Origin: Tepidisphaera sp.
GTDB lineage: Bacteria > Planctomycetota > Phycisphaerae > Phycisphaerales > UBA1924
NCBI GenBank assembly: GCA_050916045.1
Contig: CP051526.1
Span: forward strand, 2,752,001-2,816,000
Direction: 5' to 3'
Length of the DNA stretch: 64,000 nucleotides
The notes beneath the pieces are model-generated. The model did no database searches. It worked only from the letters and a program-made list of their open reading frames with translations, and had not been told where the DNA came from. Numbering within the stretch: the first letter of the stretch is position 1; the number at the start of each line of letters is the position of its first letter. Both the position numbers and the translations under genes were made by a program. This document shows, one piece after another, positions 35,512 to 43,957 of this stretch.

Positions 35512-37506
35512 GTGGCCGACACGCGGGGCATCCGAGCCGGGCGAGCCTTCGTTGAGCTGGGCGTCAGCGACAAGCTGTCGGCTGGCCTGAAGGCGGCACA
35601 GAAGAAGCTCGAAGCCTTCGGCGCTGGGCTGCGGTCCATCGGCACCAAGATGGCGGGCATCGGTGTCGCAGCAATCACGGCGCTGCTCGGCACCGCGAAG
35701 GTGTTCAGCGACTCGGGCGATGCGCTCGACAAGATGAGCGCCCGCACGGGCGTGAGCGTTGAGGCCCTGAGCGAGCTCGGCTACGCGGCGGACCTCTCCG
35801 GCACGGACATGGAGACTCTGGAGAACGGTCTGCGCGTCATGCAGAAGACGCTGACGGAGGCGTCGCAGGGTTCTAAAGGGGCGAATGAAGCCCTCGGTCG
35901 GCTCGGTCTGACGGTGCAGGACCTCGCAAAGCTCTCCCCCGACGAGCAGTTCAAGCTGCTGGCCGACCGGATCTCTCAGATCCAAGACCCGGCGCTCCGG
36001 GCCGCGATGGCGATGGAGCTCTTCGGCAAGGCGGGAACCAAGCTCCTGCCGCTCATGGCCGACGGGGCAGCAGGCATCAACGAGATGCAGGAACAGGCCC
36101 GCAAACTCGGGCTGACCGTGAGTACCGAAACCGCTCGCGACGCGGCCGAACTCAACGACGCGCTGGGCACGCTCTGGAAGGTCCTCAAGCAGGGCGTCTT
36201 CACCATCGGCGGGGCGCTGGCACCCACCATCAAAGACTTGACGGAGCGGATCACGCGGATCGTCGTCAGCGCCACCGCGTGGGTGAAGGCGAACAAGGAA
36301 ACGGTGGTCTGGGCGCTCAAAGTCGCGGCGGCAGTCGCCGTCGCGGGGATTGCCATCGTCGGCCTGGGCTACATCATCTCTGGCATCGGCGCAGCGCTCG
36401 GCATCGTGGCCGCCGTCATCGGCGGGATCGGCACTGCGTTCAGCCTGATCGGGGCCGCCATCGGCGCGATTCTGACGCCAGTTGGCCTGACGATCGCCGC
36501 GATCGTGGCGCTTGGCGGCACATTGCTGGTAGTCACCGGCGCGGGCGGCGAGGCCCTGTCGTGGCTCGCGCAGAAGTTCACCGAGCTGCGTGACTGGGTC
36601 GGCAAAGTGGTCGGCGGCATCTCCGACGCCCTCGCCGCCGGCGACATCGCGCTGGCCGCCGAGATCCTGTGGCTGTCGCTGAAGGTCATCTGGCAGCAGG
36701 GCGTCGCGGCGCTCAACAAGGCGTGGCTGGGCGCGAAGGAGTTCTTCGTCTCCACGGCGTACTCCATGTGGTACGGAGCGCTCGCGGCGGCGGAGATCGT
36801 GTTCCACGCGCTTGAGGTCGCGTGGATCGAGACCACCGCGTTCCTCTCCAAGACCTGGACCAACTTCGCCACCGGCTTCCAGATGATCTGGGAGGAAGCA
36901 TCGTCGTGGGTCGCCAAGCGGATGCTGGAGATTCAGGGGCTGTTCGATAACGGGCTCGATGTTGAAGCCGCGAAGAAGGCGGTTGACCAGCAGCTCGAAT
37001 CCCGGCTCGTCGAACTGGAGAACGCTGCCCAGCAGTCCGTGACCGCCCGGGACAAAGAACGCGAGGCCCAGCGCCGCGACGCCGCCGCGATGCATGAAGC
37101 AACGCTGGCGGGTATCGGTCAGGACTTCGAGAACGCGCAGGAAGCCTTGCGCAAGGACACGGCAGCAGGACTCGCGGAGTCCCAGGCCGCGCTCGATGCC
37201 GCCAAGCAGAAGCTCGCGGCCGCGATCGAGGAGGCCCGCAAGAAGCGAGAGGCCGCAGACGCCGAGAGGGGACCAGGTCGCCCGCAGCGTGACCTGCTGG
37301 CCGACTTCGAGGACCGGCTCTCGGGACTCGGCGCGGCCATCGGCAAGGGCATCAGCGTGACGGGCACGTTCAGTTCCGCTGCCGTCTCGGGCCTTGGCAC
37401 CGGTGGCGATGCCGCCGAACGCACAGCTACCGCGACGGAGGCGACGGCCAAGAACACCAAGCGTCTGCTGGATGCCAGCGTCGACAACGGACTGCGGTTC
37501 GCCTGA
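35512..37506 (+). CDS. Tape measure protein
   Basis: Ala/Leu-rich helical protein of about 665 aa with AMELFGKAG..LLP motif and central hydrophobic stretch; after chaperones. Confidence 0.88.
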   Translation: MADTRGIRAGRAFVELGVSDKLSAGLKAAQKKLEAFGAGLRSIGTKMAGIGVAAITALLGTAKVFSDSGDALDKMSARTGVSVEALSELGYAADLSGTDMETLENGLRVMQKTLTEASQGSKGANEALGRLGLTVQDLAKLSPDEQFKLLADRISQIQDPALRAAMAMELFGKAGTKLLPLMADGAAGINEMQEQARKLGLTVSTETARDAAELNDALGTLWKVLKQGVFTIGGALAPTIKDLTERITRIVVSATAWVKANKETVVWALKVAAAVAVAGIAIVGLGYIISGIGAALGIVAAVIGGIGTAFSLIGAAIGAILTPVGLTIAAIVALGGTLLVVTGAGGEALSWLAQKFTELRDWVGKVVGGISDALAAGDIALAAEILWLSLKVIWQQGVAALNKAWLGAKEFFVSTAYSMWYGALAAAEIVFHALEVAWIETTAFLSKTWTNFATGFQMIWEEASSWVAKRMLEIQGLFDNGLDVEAAKKAVDQQLESRLVELENAAQQSVTARDKEREAQRRDAAAMHEATLAGIGQDFENAQEALRKDTAAGLAESQAALDAAKQKLAAAIEEARKKREAADAERGPGRPQRDLLADFEDRLSGLGAAIGKGISVTGTFSSAAVSGLGTGGDAAERTATATEATAKNTKRLLDASVDNGLRFA

Positions 37507-37536
37507 TCCCCACCCCAAGAAAGGAGGTCTTCGCTC

Positions 37537-38355
37537 GTGCCGGTTGAGGTCTTTGAGAAGTTCGAGAGCCGCCGCTCCACCAAGGCGAATCAGGTCTCGC
37601 AGTCCTCTGCGGAGCTTGGCTACATCGTGCGCGGCACACCGGATGACCTCGTGGCCCGCAACGCGGCGCAGACCGGCTCCCCCGCGACCTACGACGGGCT
37701 GGCCCGGCAGAACGTGCAGATCGAGCCGCTCGGGCCGCAGCTCTGGGATGTCACCGTCCGCTACGGCACCAGCGACAGCGGCGGGACGCCTACGCCCAGC
37801 GAGGCGTCGTTCAACTTCGAGACCGGCGGCGGCACGCAGCACATCACCCAGAGCAAGGACACGGTGCAGGCGCGGGCAGCATCCGGATCGACCGCACCGG
37901 ACTTTGGCGGCGCGATCGGCGTGACCGCCGACGGCGTCGACGGCGTGGACATCACCGTGCCCGTGTACCAGTTCTCCGAGACGCACTACTTCAGTGATGC
38001 GCAGGTGACCGGGGCGTACAAGGGGGCGATCTTCAGTTGCACCGGCAAGACCAACGCCGGGGCGTTCAAGGGCTTTGCGCCCGGCGAGGTGCTTTTCCTC
38101 GGTGCAAGCGGCTCAAAGCGCGGGGATGGGCCCGACGACGACTGGGAGATCACGTTTCGGTTCGCGGCCAGTCCGAACGAGACCGGTCTTTCGGTCGGCT
38201 CCATCACCGGCATCAACAAGAAGGGGTGGGAGTACCTCTGGGTCCGCTACGCCGACGCGGAGGACACGGGGTCCGGCGCGATCATCAAGAAGCCCATCGC
38301 CGCCTACGTCGAGCGTGTGTACGACGACGCCAACTTTGGAGCTCTTGGGATCTGA
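37537..38355 (+). CDS. Putative tail tip/baseplate protein
   Basis: AAGGAGG RBS; first gene after tape measure; KKGWEYLWVRY. Confidence 0.65.
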   Translation: MPVEVFEKFESRRSTKANQVSQSSAELGYIVRGTPDDLVARNAAQTGSPATYDGLARQNVQIEPLGPQLWDVTVRYGTSDSGGTPTPSEASFNFETGGGTQHITQSKDTVQARAASGSTAPDFGGAIGVTADGVDGVDITVPVYQFSETHYFSDAQVTGAYKGAIFSCTGKTNAGAFKGFAPGEVLFLGASGSKRGDGPDDDWEITFRFAASPNETGLSVGSITGINKKGWEYLWVRYADAEDTGSGAIIKKPIAAYVERVYDDANFGALGI

Positions 38356-38367
38356 ATCCCTTCAACC

Positions 38368-39402
38368 ATGCCTGACGATCTTCGCAAAGTCAGATCCGGT
38401 GATCCCCTCCGCCTCCCCGCTGGCGCGTACAACGCGTTCGTGGACGCGGCGGTCGATCTGCGCCGGCGTCAGGGTCGCGGCGAAGCCGTCGCGGGCCCGC
38501 TCGTCGAGTCTGCCCAGCGCGGCATCGTGCTGGTCCGCAACGACTCCGGCGAGGAGATCGAGCCGTATCACGCGCTGGCGATCACCGGCGTGCTCGTCGA
38601 GCCCGGCGAAGACGACCAGGAGCGGACATTCCAGAGCCGCACTCCGCTGACGGGCGACATCGCCACCGAGGAGACTGCCGGCCCCGCATTCGTCGTCGCA
38701 CTCCAGCCCATCAAGCCCAACAAGCTCGGGCGCTGCGTGCTCACGGGCGTCACGGTCGCGCGGGTGTTCATCACCAACGAGACCGACACCACCTGCGAAC
38801 TCGCGGCCGACGAAACTGTCCTGGCCAGCACACCCATGGGTGGCATCCCGATCCTCTGGAAGGAAGAGGGCACCGGCGAGAAGTGGGCCGTGCTCGAACT
38901 TGGCCGCCCGTCGCCCGGGCGCGTGACCGCGATCCTCGGTGCGGCTCAGGCGATTCCCACCGAGCGCAACCGCTGGCGCTATCCGTGGGTGGAAGCCCAG
39001 ATCGACGGCAACCCCGGCAGCGAGACCTACCTCCGGTACGTGCCCATCGAGGGTGGCCTGTCGTCACAGCTCGCAGGCGGTGGCGAAGACCCCACGCGGC
39101 TGGCGCTCAACCGGTTCGAGGCCCACCACATGAATGACTCCGAGCCCGGCTCTGGGTTCGGTGGCCTGCTCGGGCTCGGCCCGGTGTGCGAGTTGCCCGG
39201 CGTGCTCCCCAAGTGCCCGCCCGCGCGGTCGCTCAAACCCAAGCTCGTGCCGATCCCCGAGGGCGTGTGCGTGCAGCTCACGTGCGAGCGCAACAGCAAG
39301 GGCAAGCCCGTGTGGGTCTTCGAGGCCATGAGCCTGATCGAGATTGCCGACCCCGCGGACGAGGATCGCAAGTTCAACCTCTACATCGGAGGTGCTGAGT
39401 GA
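38368..39402 (+). CDS. Putative minor tail protein
   Basis: 344 aa ORF in the tail operon; N-terminal VRSGDPLRLPAGAYNAF. Confidence 0.65.
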   Translation: MPDDLRKVRSGDPLRLPAGAYNAFVDAAVDLRRRQGRGEAVAGPLVESAQRGIVLVRNDSGEEIEPYHALAITGVLVEPGEDDQERTFQSRTPLTGDIATEETAGPAFVVALQPIKPNKLGRCVLTGVTVARVFITNETDTTCELAADETVLASTPMGGIPILWKEEGTGEKWAVLELGRPSPGRVTAILGAAQAIPTERNRWRYPWVEAQIDGNPGSETYLRYVPIEGGLSSQLAGGGEDPTRLALNRFEAHHMNDSEPGSGFGGLLGLGPVCELPGVLPKCPPARSLKPKLVPIPEGVCVQLTCERNSKGKPVWVFEAMSLIEIADPADEDRKFNLYIGGAE

Positions 39403-39986
39403 CGACGACCCCGACGACTCTGGACACTCGCCGAGAGAAGGAACGAGCCAAGTACGTGGCGCTGGCCGCCAAACCTGGCTCGACGTACGGCTCGACCAAC
39501 CACGGCAAGCTCGCTGTTCCAATCATCCAGAAGTTCAAGCCGAGGTTTGTCGTGGACTTCGGATGCGGCCGCAACGACCTCGTGCGTGACCTACGCCGGC
39601 TGGGGATCGACGGCCTGGGTGTGGACTTCGCGTTCCCGGATGCCGACCTCGTGCGCCCGATGCACAAGACCTCGCTGCACGCGGGTGTCGCGGATGTCGT
39701 TACGAGTTTCGATGCACTCGAGCATCTGCTGCCTGAGGATGTAGACGCGGTGCTCGCGGAGATGCGCCGTGTGGCCAAGCCGCGCGGCCACTGCGTGTTC
39801 TCGATCTGCACCCGTCCCAGTAAGACCACCGTCGCCGGCGAAGGGCTGCACCCGACGGTGCGCTCGCTGGACTGGTGGCTCGACCGCATCGGGCGTGTCG
39901 CCACCGTGATCAGCCCGCGGGCTGATCGGCGGTTCATCGTCGGGCGATTCAAGGGCGGAAGTGATGGGGGGTGCTGCGGTGCGTGA
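39399..39986 (+). CDS. Class I SAM-dependent methyltransferase
   Basis: Motif I VVDFGCG, GVD, DVVTSFDALEHL, EMRRV; GTGA overlap. Confidence 0.88.
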   Translation: MTTTPTTLDTRREKERAKYVALAAKPGSTYGSTNHGKLAVPIIQKFKPRFVVDFGCGRNDLVRDLRRLGIDGLGVDFAFPDADLVRPMHKTSLHAGVADVVTSFDALEHLLPEDVDAVLAEMRRVAKPRGHCVFSICTRPSKTTVAGEGLHPTVRSLDWWLDRIGRVATVISPRADRRFIVGRFKGGSDGGCCGA

Positions 39987-40875
39987 GAACCAGTCTGATA
40001 TCGCGGCGCTCCAAGCCGGGTTGAAGGCGCGCAAGCCGTCGCGGGATGGCCTGCGCCTCTACACCGCCGACTTCGACTCCGTATCGCTCGGCGGGTTTTA
40101 CCGCGGGCGCTCGGCGTTCCTGATCCTGTCGGGGCCGTCGCTCACGCAGATCGACCTCGCCGCGCTCAACAAGCGTGGCATCGTCACGATGGCGGTGAAT
40201 AACGCGTGGGCCGTTCATCGTCCGACGCTGTGGACGTGCGTTGACGATCCCGGCCGCTTCATCGACACCGGCTGGAAGGACCCGGGCATTCTGAAGTTCG
40301 TGCCCACGTGCATGTGGGACAAGCGGCTCCGCATCCAAGGCCCCGACGGCGCGATGCGCAACAGCGCGTTTCGGGTCCGACAGATGCCCAGCGTCATGTT
40401 CTTCCGTCGCGCGGATCACTTCGACCATGAGCGGTTCCTGACCGGAGACAGCGTCCCGTGGGGCAACGACGCCAAGAACCCCGACTCTTTGGGCATCACC
40501 GGCAAGCGCTCGGTCATGCTCGTGGCACTCCGCCTCCTGCACTACCTCGGCTTCAGCACGGTGTACCTGCTGGGCTGCGACTTCAAGATGGCCGAGGACC
40601 GCAAGTACGCCTTCGCCGAGAACCGGGCCGCGAATGCGATCCGGCACAACAACGTGCTGTATGACTCGCTGGCCCGGCGATTCGAGGCCCTCAAGCCGCA
40701 CTTTGAGAAGCATCGCTTCCGCGTGGTGAACTGCTCTCCAGGCAGCGAGCTGCAGGTCTTCGAGCGCATGGAGTTCGCCGACGCTGTCGCGGCCGCGTCC
40801 GCCGAGTGCGGCAAGCCGGTGAACACACAGGGCTGGTACGAGCCCAACCCGAAAGCCCAGGAGGCCGCACGATGA
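39979..40875 (+). CDS. Maf/DUF115-like (sialyltransferase-type fold) glycosyltransferase
   Basis: AFLILSGPSL, MAVNN, LHYLGFSTVYLLGCDF, VVNCS: motif order of Maf/GT42-like proteins. Confidence 0.7.
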   Translation: MRENQSDIAALQAGLKARKPSRDGLRLYTADFDSVSLGGFYRGRSAFLILSGPSLTQIDLAALNKRGIVTMAVNNAWAVHRPTLWTCVDDPGRFIDTGWKDPGILKFVPTCMWDKRLRIQGPDGAMRNSAFRVRQMPSVMFFRRADHFDHERFLTGDSVPWGNDAKNPDSLGITGKRSVMLVALRLLHYLGFSTVYLLGCDFKMAEDRKYAFAENRAANAIRHNNVLYDSLARRFEALKPHFEKHRFRVVNCSPGSELQVFERMEFADAVAAASAECGKPVNTQGWYEPNPKAQEAAR

Positions 40876-42380
40876 GCGACGGCCCCACCCGCTACTACCT
40901 CTATATCCCGGTCTGGGCCACGGGCCGCGCCCCGCAGGGCGGCGGCTCGAGCAACTACTCGACGCCGTCGGAGTCGCCCGATTCGTCGTACAGCACGTAC
41001 TCGACGCCCACCAGCACGCCGAGCATGCCGCCGAGTTACTCGACGACGGGCGATGTGATCTACACGACCGGGCCGGGCGGCACGCCGACGCTGACGTTCT
41101 ACACCACCGATGCGTTCACCAGCAACACGCCGGGGACGACGCACACGCCATCGAGCACGCCGAGCGATACGCCGTCGAGCAGCGGTGGCATGTCGTCCTC
41201 GGGAATGTCGAGCAGCGCAGGCTCCAGCGGCATGAGCAGCTCCGGCGGCGGCAGTTCCTCCGGCATGAGTTCTTCGGGCGCATCGTCGGGCATGAGTTCC
41301 GGGGCGTCCAGCGGCATGTCGTCGGGGGCGAGTTCGGGCATGTCCTCGGGCGGGTCCTCTGGAGGATCGTCCGGAGGGGGCAGTTCAGGGGGTGGCTCGT
41401 CGGGCGGGGGCGGGTCCAGTGGCGGCGGTAGCGGCCCGGGCGGCTCGGGTCCCGGAGGCTCCGGCCCTGGCGGTTCTGGGCCGGGAGGGTCGGGCCCTGG
41501 GGGAAGCGGGCCGGGTGGATCTGGCCCCGGTGGCTCGGGACCCGGTTCAAACTGCGTGCTGGCCGGGACGCCGGTGCGTCTGGCCTCCGGGCAGACCGTG
41601 CCGATCGAGGATCTGAAACCGGGCGACCGCATCTCGGCACTCGACGTGGCGGGCCTCGACCGCGATGTACCGTGGCGGGCTCAGTACCAGTGGCTCCGCC
41701 AGCGGGCCGAAGCGGTGCTCACGCCGGTCACCGGTTCCGTGGCCAGCGTGAAGGTCGGCACGCACGACGGATTCATCACGATCAACGGTCGCCTGCGGCT
41801 CACGCCCGAGCACCCGGTGCTCCTGCGCCGCGGCGATGAGGTCGGGTTCGTGTCGGCGGAGTTCGTGCTCGTCGGCGATTGCCTCGTGCGTCACGACCTC
41901 AGCGAAGAGCGCGTTGAGACGGTCATCCGCGCCGGCGATCGCGTCACCACGGTCGCGGTGCATGTGCCGGGCCTCAACGTGTTCCTCGCCGACGGCGTGT
42001 GGGTCCACAACGACATGCCCGCGACGCAGGCGACCGGGTCGGGATCAGCCTCTGGATCAGGGTCTGGCTCTGGCTCGGGATCAGGCTCCTCGAGCGGCAG
42101 CGGGTCCGGCTCCGGCAGCGGTAAGTCCAGCGGCTCGTCCATGTCGAGTTCTGGAAGCTCGTCTGGGTCTGGCAGTTCATCTGGTTCCTCGAGCGGAAGC
42201 GGGAGCGAAAGCGGCTCGGGCCCGCCCGGTTCTGGCTCAGGCTCCGGCAGCGCCCAGCAGTCGGTGGCGCTCGGTGAGGGCGCATCGTCGTTCATCGAGG
42301 GCGGCATGGAGGGCGTGCCTCCCGCGAAGTGGCAGCAGAGTGGATTGAGCGGTGGCATCGAAGAGGAGGTGAAGTCGTGA
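40872..42380 (+). CDS. Ser/Gly/Thr-rich low-complexity protein containing a central Hint (bacterial intein-like) domain
   Basis: ATG 40872 after AGGAGG. Hint at 41553-42011: block A CVLAGTPV..IEDLKPGD, block B TPEHP, C-terminal FLADGVWVHN. Flanked by (GGSGP)8, SSGM and (SG)n tracts. Confidence 0.85.
   Translation: MSDGPTRYYLYIPVWATGRAPQGGGSSNYSTPSESPDSSYSTYSTPTSTPSMPPSYSTTGDVIYTTGPGGTPTLTFYTTDAFTSNTPGTTHTPSSTPSDTPSSSGGMSSSGMSSSAGSSGMSSSGGGSSSGMSSSGASSGMSSGASSGMSSGASSGMSSGGSSGGSSGGGSSGGGSSGGGGSSGGGSGPGGSGPGGSGPGGSGPGGSGPGGSGPGGSGPGGSGPGSNCVLAGTPVRLASGQTVPIEDLKPGDRISALDVAGLDRDVPWRAQYQWLRQRAEAVLTPVTGSVASVKVGTHDGFITINGRLRLTPEHPVLLRRGDEVGFVSAEFVLVGDCLVRHDLSEERVETVIRAGDRVTTVAVHVPGLNVFLADGVWVHNDMPATQATGSGSASGSGSGSGSGSGSSSGSGSGSGSGKSSGSSMSSSGSSSGSGSSSGSSSGSGSESGSGPPGSGSGSGSAQQSVALGEGASSFIEGGMEGVPPAKWQQSGLSGGIEEEVKS
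41424..41543 (+). repeat. Eight tandem 15-bp units encoding GGSGP
   Basis: All eight units encode the same pentapeptide, but every unit differs at the DNA level. Confidence 0.9.
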
Positions 42381-43000
42381 TCCCGAAGGTCATCTACACG
42401 GCCGATTTGTCCGAGTCTCCCGACCGTCAGCGGCTCACCGCCTGGAAGCACGCGTGGCAGACGCTGCATCCGGAATGGGACGTCGTCACGTTCACGCTGG
42501 AGACCAGGCCCCCGATCCTGAACCACGATCAGTGGCAGCAGACGCTGGACCTCAGCGAGCCTGCGGCCTCGGCGGCACGGCTCAACCTCCTGCGCTACGA
42601 ACTGCTCGCCCGCGAAGGCGGGGTGTTCGTCGATCCCGATCGCCTGCCGCTGCGTCCGCTGGATGAACTCGTCGCCGGGGTCGGCGCATTCTGTTCCACG
42701 ATCGCCAGCCACGGCGCGAGCCGCCCGCACATGCTCTCGCCGTCGGTGCTCGGCGCAACGCGGAACCACCCGATGCTCTGGCACGCGATCCGCGACCTGC
42801 CGCACTCGGTGCTGGTCTATCGCGGTGTGTGGGACCAGAGCGGGCCGGGGTTCCTCACCCGCGTCGTCCGCGACCACGGACACTTCCGCGACGTGGTGCC
42901 GTTCCACTGGGCCATGTTCGAGCAGGGCGAAGAACCCGCCAAGGCCCACGGCGGCGCGTACGGGTTCGTGACCGGCAAGACGGCGGAGGTTGCGGCTTGA
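42377..43000 (+). CDS. GT32-like (DXD) glycosyltransferase, divergent
   Basis: IPKVI, LHPEW, LLRYELLAREGGVFVDPD, SGPGFLT; GAGGAGG RBS, GTGA overlap. Confidence 0.8.
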   Translation: MIPKVIYTADLSESPDRQRLTAWKHAWQTLHPEWDVVTFTLETRPPILNHDQWQQTLDLSEPAASAARLNLLRYELLAREGGVFVDPDRLPLRPLDELVAGVGAFCSTIASHGASRPHMLSPSVLGATRNHPMLWHAIRDLPHSVLVYRGVWDQSGPGFLTRVVRDHGHFRDVVPFHWAMFEQGEEPAKAHGGAYGFVTGKTAEVAA

Positions 43001-43665
43001 GCACTACCGCAACCCTGATCCCGCGGGTCCTGCACCAGATCTGGATGGGCAAGGGTGAGATGCCCCTGCACCAGCGGCGCTGGCGTCGCCGCTTCGCCGA
43101 GATGAACCCGCACTGGGAGATGCGGCTGTGGACGGATGACAACCTGCCGCCGATCCTCAACCGCAACGCATGGGAAGCCTGTGGCAACGTCGGTGGAACG
43201 CCCGGCTGCGTGATGCGCTCGGACATCCTGCGCCTCGAACTCCTGGCCCGCTTCGGAGGCGTCTATCTCGACACGGACGTGAAGCCGATCCGTCCGCTCG
43301 ACGAGATGTGCCCGCCCGAAGTTCGCGCCTGGGCCGCGTGCGAGCAACTCGACATCGTCTCCAACGCGGCGATGGGGTTCCCGGCTAACCACCCGGCGAT
43401 GTGGCACGCGGTGGCGATGATCGAAGAGTCGTTCTTCGAGCGCCGCTACGTCGGAGATCAAGCAGGGCCAGGGCTGATCGCTCGCGTGGTCACCCAGTAC
43501 GACGACGTGGCACTCTATCCACCAGCGTACTTCCACCCGACCGTCGGCGAATCGAAGTCCAATCCTGACGCTCCGTTGTTCCTGAAAGCGGCGCATCTCT
43601 TTGCCGGGACGTGGGTTGAAGAGAACCGGGAGCGGTACGTCCGGATGTGGTCGGCCAACGCCTGA
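42997..43665 (+). CDS. GT32-like (DXD) glycosyltransferase
   Basis: IPRVLHQIW, RSDILRLELLARFGGVYLDTD, AGPGL, HLFAGTW; TTGA overlap. Confidence 0.88.
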   Translation: MSTTATLIPRVLHQIWMGKGEMPLHQRRWRRRFAEMNPHWEMRLWTDDNLPPILNRNAWEACGNVGGTPGCVMRSDILRLELLARFGGVYLDTDVKPIRPLDEMCPPEVRAWAACEQLDIVSNAAMGFPANHPAMWHAVAMIEESFFERRYVGDQAGPGLIARVVTQYDDVALYPPAYFHPTVGESKSNPDAPLFLKAAHLFAGTWVEENRERYVRMWSANA

Positions 43666-43700
43666 CCGCCGGTTCTGCCCGTCCACCAACGGATAACAAC

Positions 43701-43709
43701 TGCTACACT
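43701..43709 (+). promoter_or_regulatory. Candidate extended -10 promoter giving a leaderless transcript of the HTH/defence operon
   Basis: TGCTACACT 6 nt before ATG 43716; no RBS seen. Confidence 0.45.
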
Positions 43710-43715
43710 CGGCTC

Positions 43716-43952
43716 ATGGCTCGCACCGCTCGAGTTCACGGGCATGTCGCACCTCAGCCGGAGGTCATGACCATTAACGACCTGGCGCTGTACCTCCAGC
43801 TGTCCAAGTCGTCGCTCTACAAGCTGGTGCAAGGGGGCAGAATCCCTGGCCAGAAAGTCGGCAGGCACTGGAGGTTCCACAAGGCAGCCATCGATGGCTG
43901 GTTGGTCTCAGGCAAATCCGGGCAGCCCTCCGGAGAACGGAAACGGAGTTAA
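43716..43952 (+). CDS. Excisionase-like HTH_17 DNA-binding protein
   Basis: MTINDLALYLQLSKSSLYKLVQGGRIPGQKVGRHWRF...IDGW. Confidence 0.88.
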   Translation: MARTARVHGHVAPQPEVMTINDLALYLQLSKSSLYKLVQGGRIPGQKVGRHWRFHKAAIDGWLVSGKSGQPSGERKRS

Positions 43953-43957
43953 CCACA

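Larger units (their letters stand above)
8780..43952 (+). mobile_element. Integrated prophage (siphovirus-like, serine-recombinase type); ends approximate, cargo may extend either side
   Basis: Co-oriented run of recombinase, sigma factor, replication, terminase, portal, capsid, tail tube and tape measure genes with overlapping start/stop codons. No att sites were identified. Confidence 0.85.

Noticed and set aside
34609..37986. 1125-aa minus-strand ORF, and similar long shadow ORFs at 22314..24941, 29403..31535 and 50226..52910
   Set aside because: They are antisense to well-supported genes, have no motifs, and are expected from stop-codon scarcity in high-GC coding DNA.
41553..42011. Classical selfish intein
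   Set aside because: The +1 residue is Asp, there is no endonuclease, and the flanks are low-complexity rather than a conserved enzyme motif; a BIL-type Hint fits better.
41160..42260. CRISPR array or DNA-level VNTR in the repetitive stretch
   Set aside because: The repeats are in-frame peptide repeats with synonymous variation; there is no repeat-spacer structure and no cas genes.
37537..43665. Diversity-generating retroelement or invertible tail-fibre cassette
   Set aside because: No reverse transcriptase, template/variable repeat pair or invertase with inverted repeats was seen.
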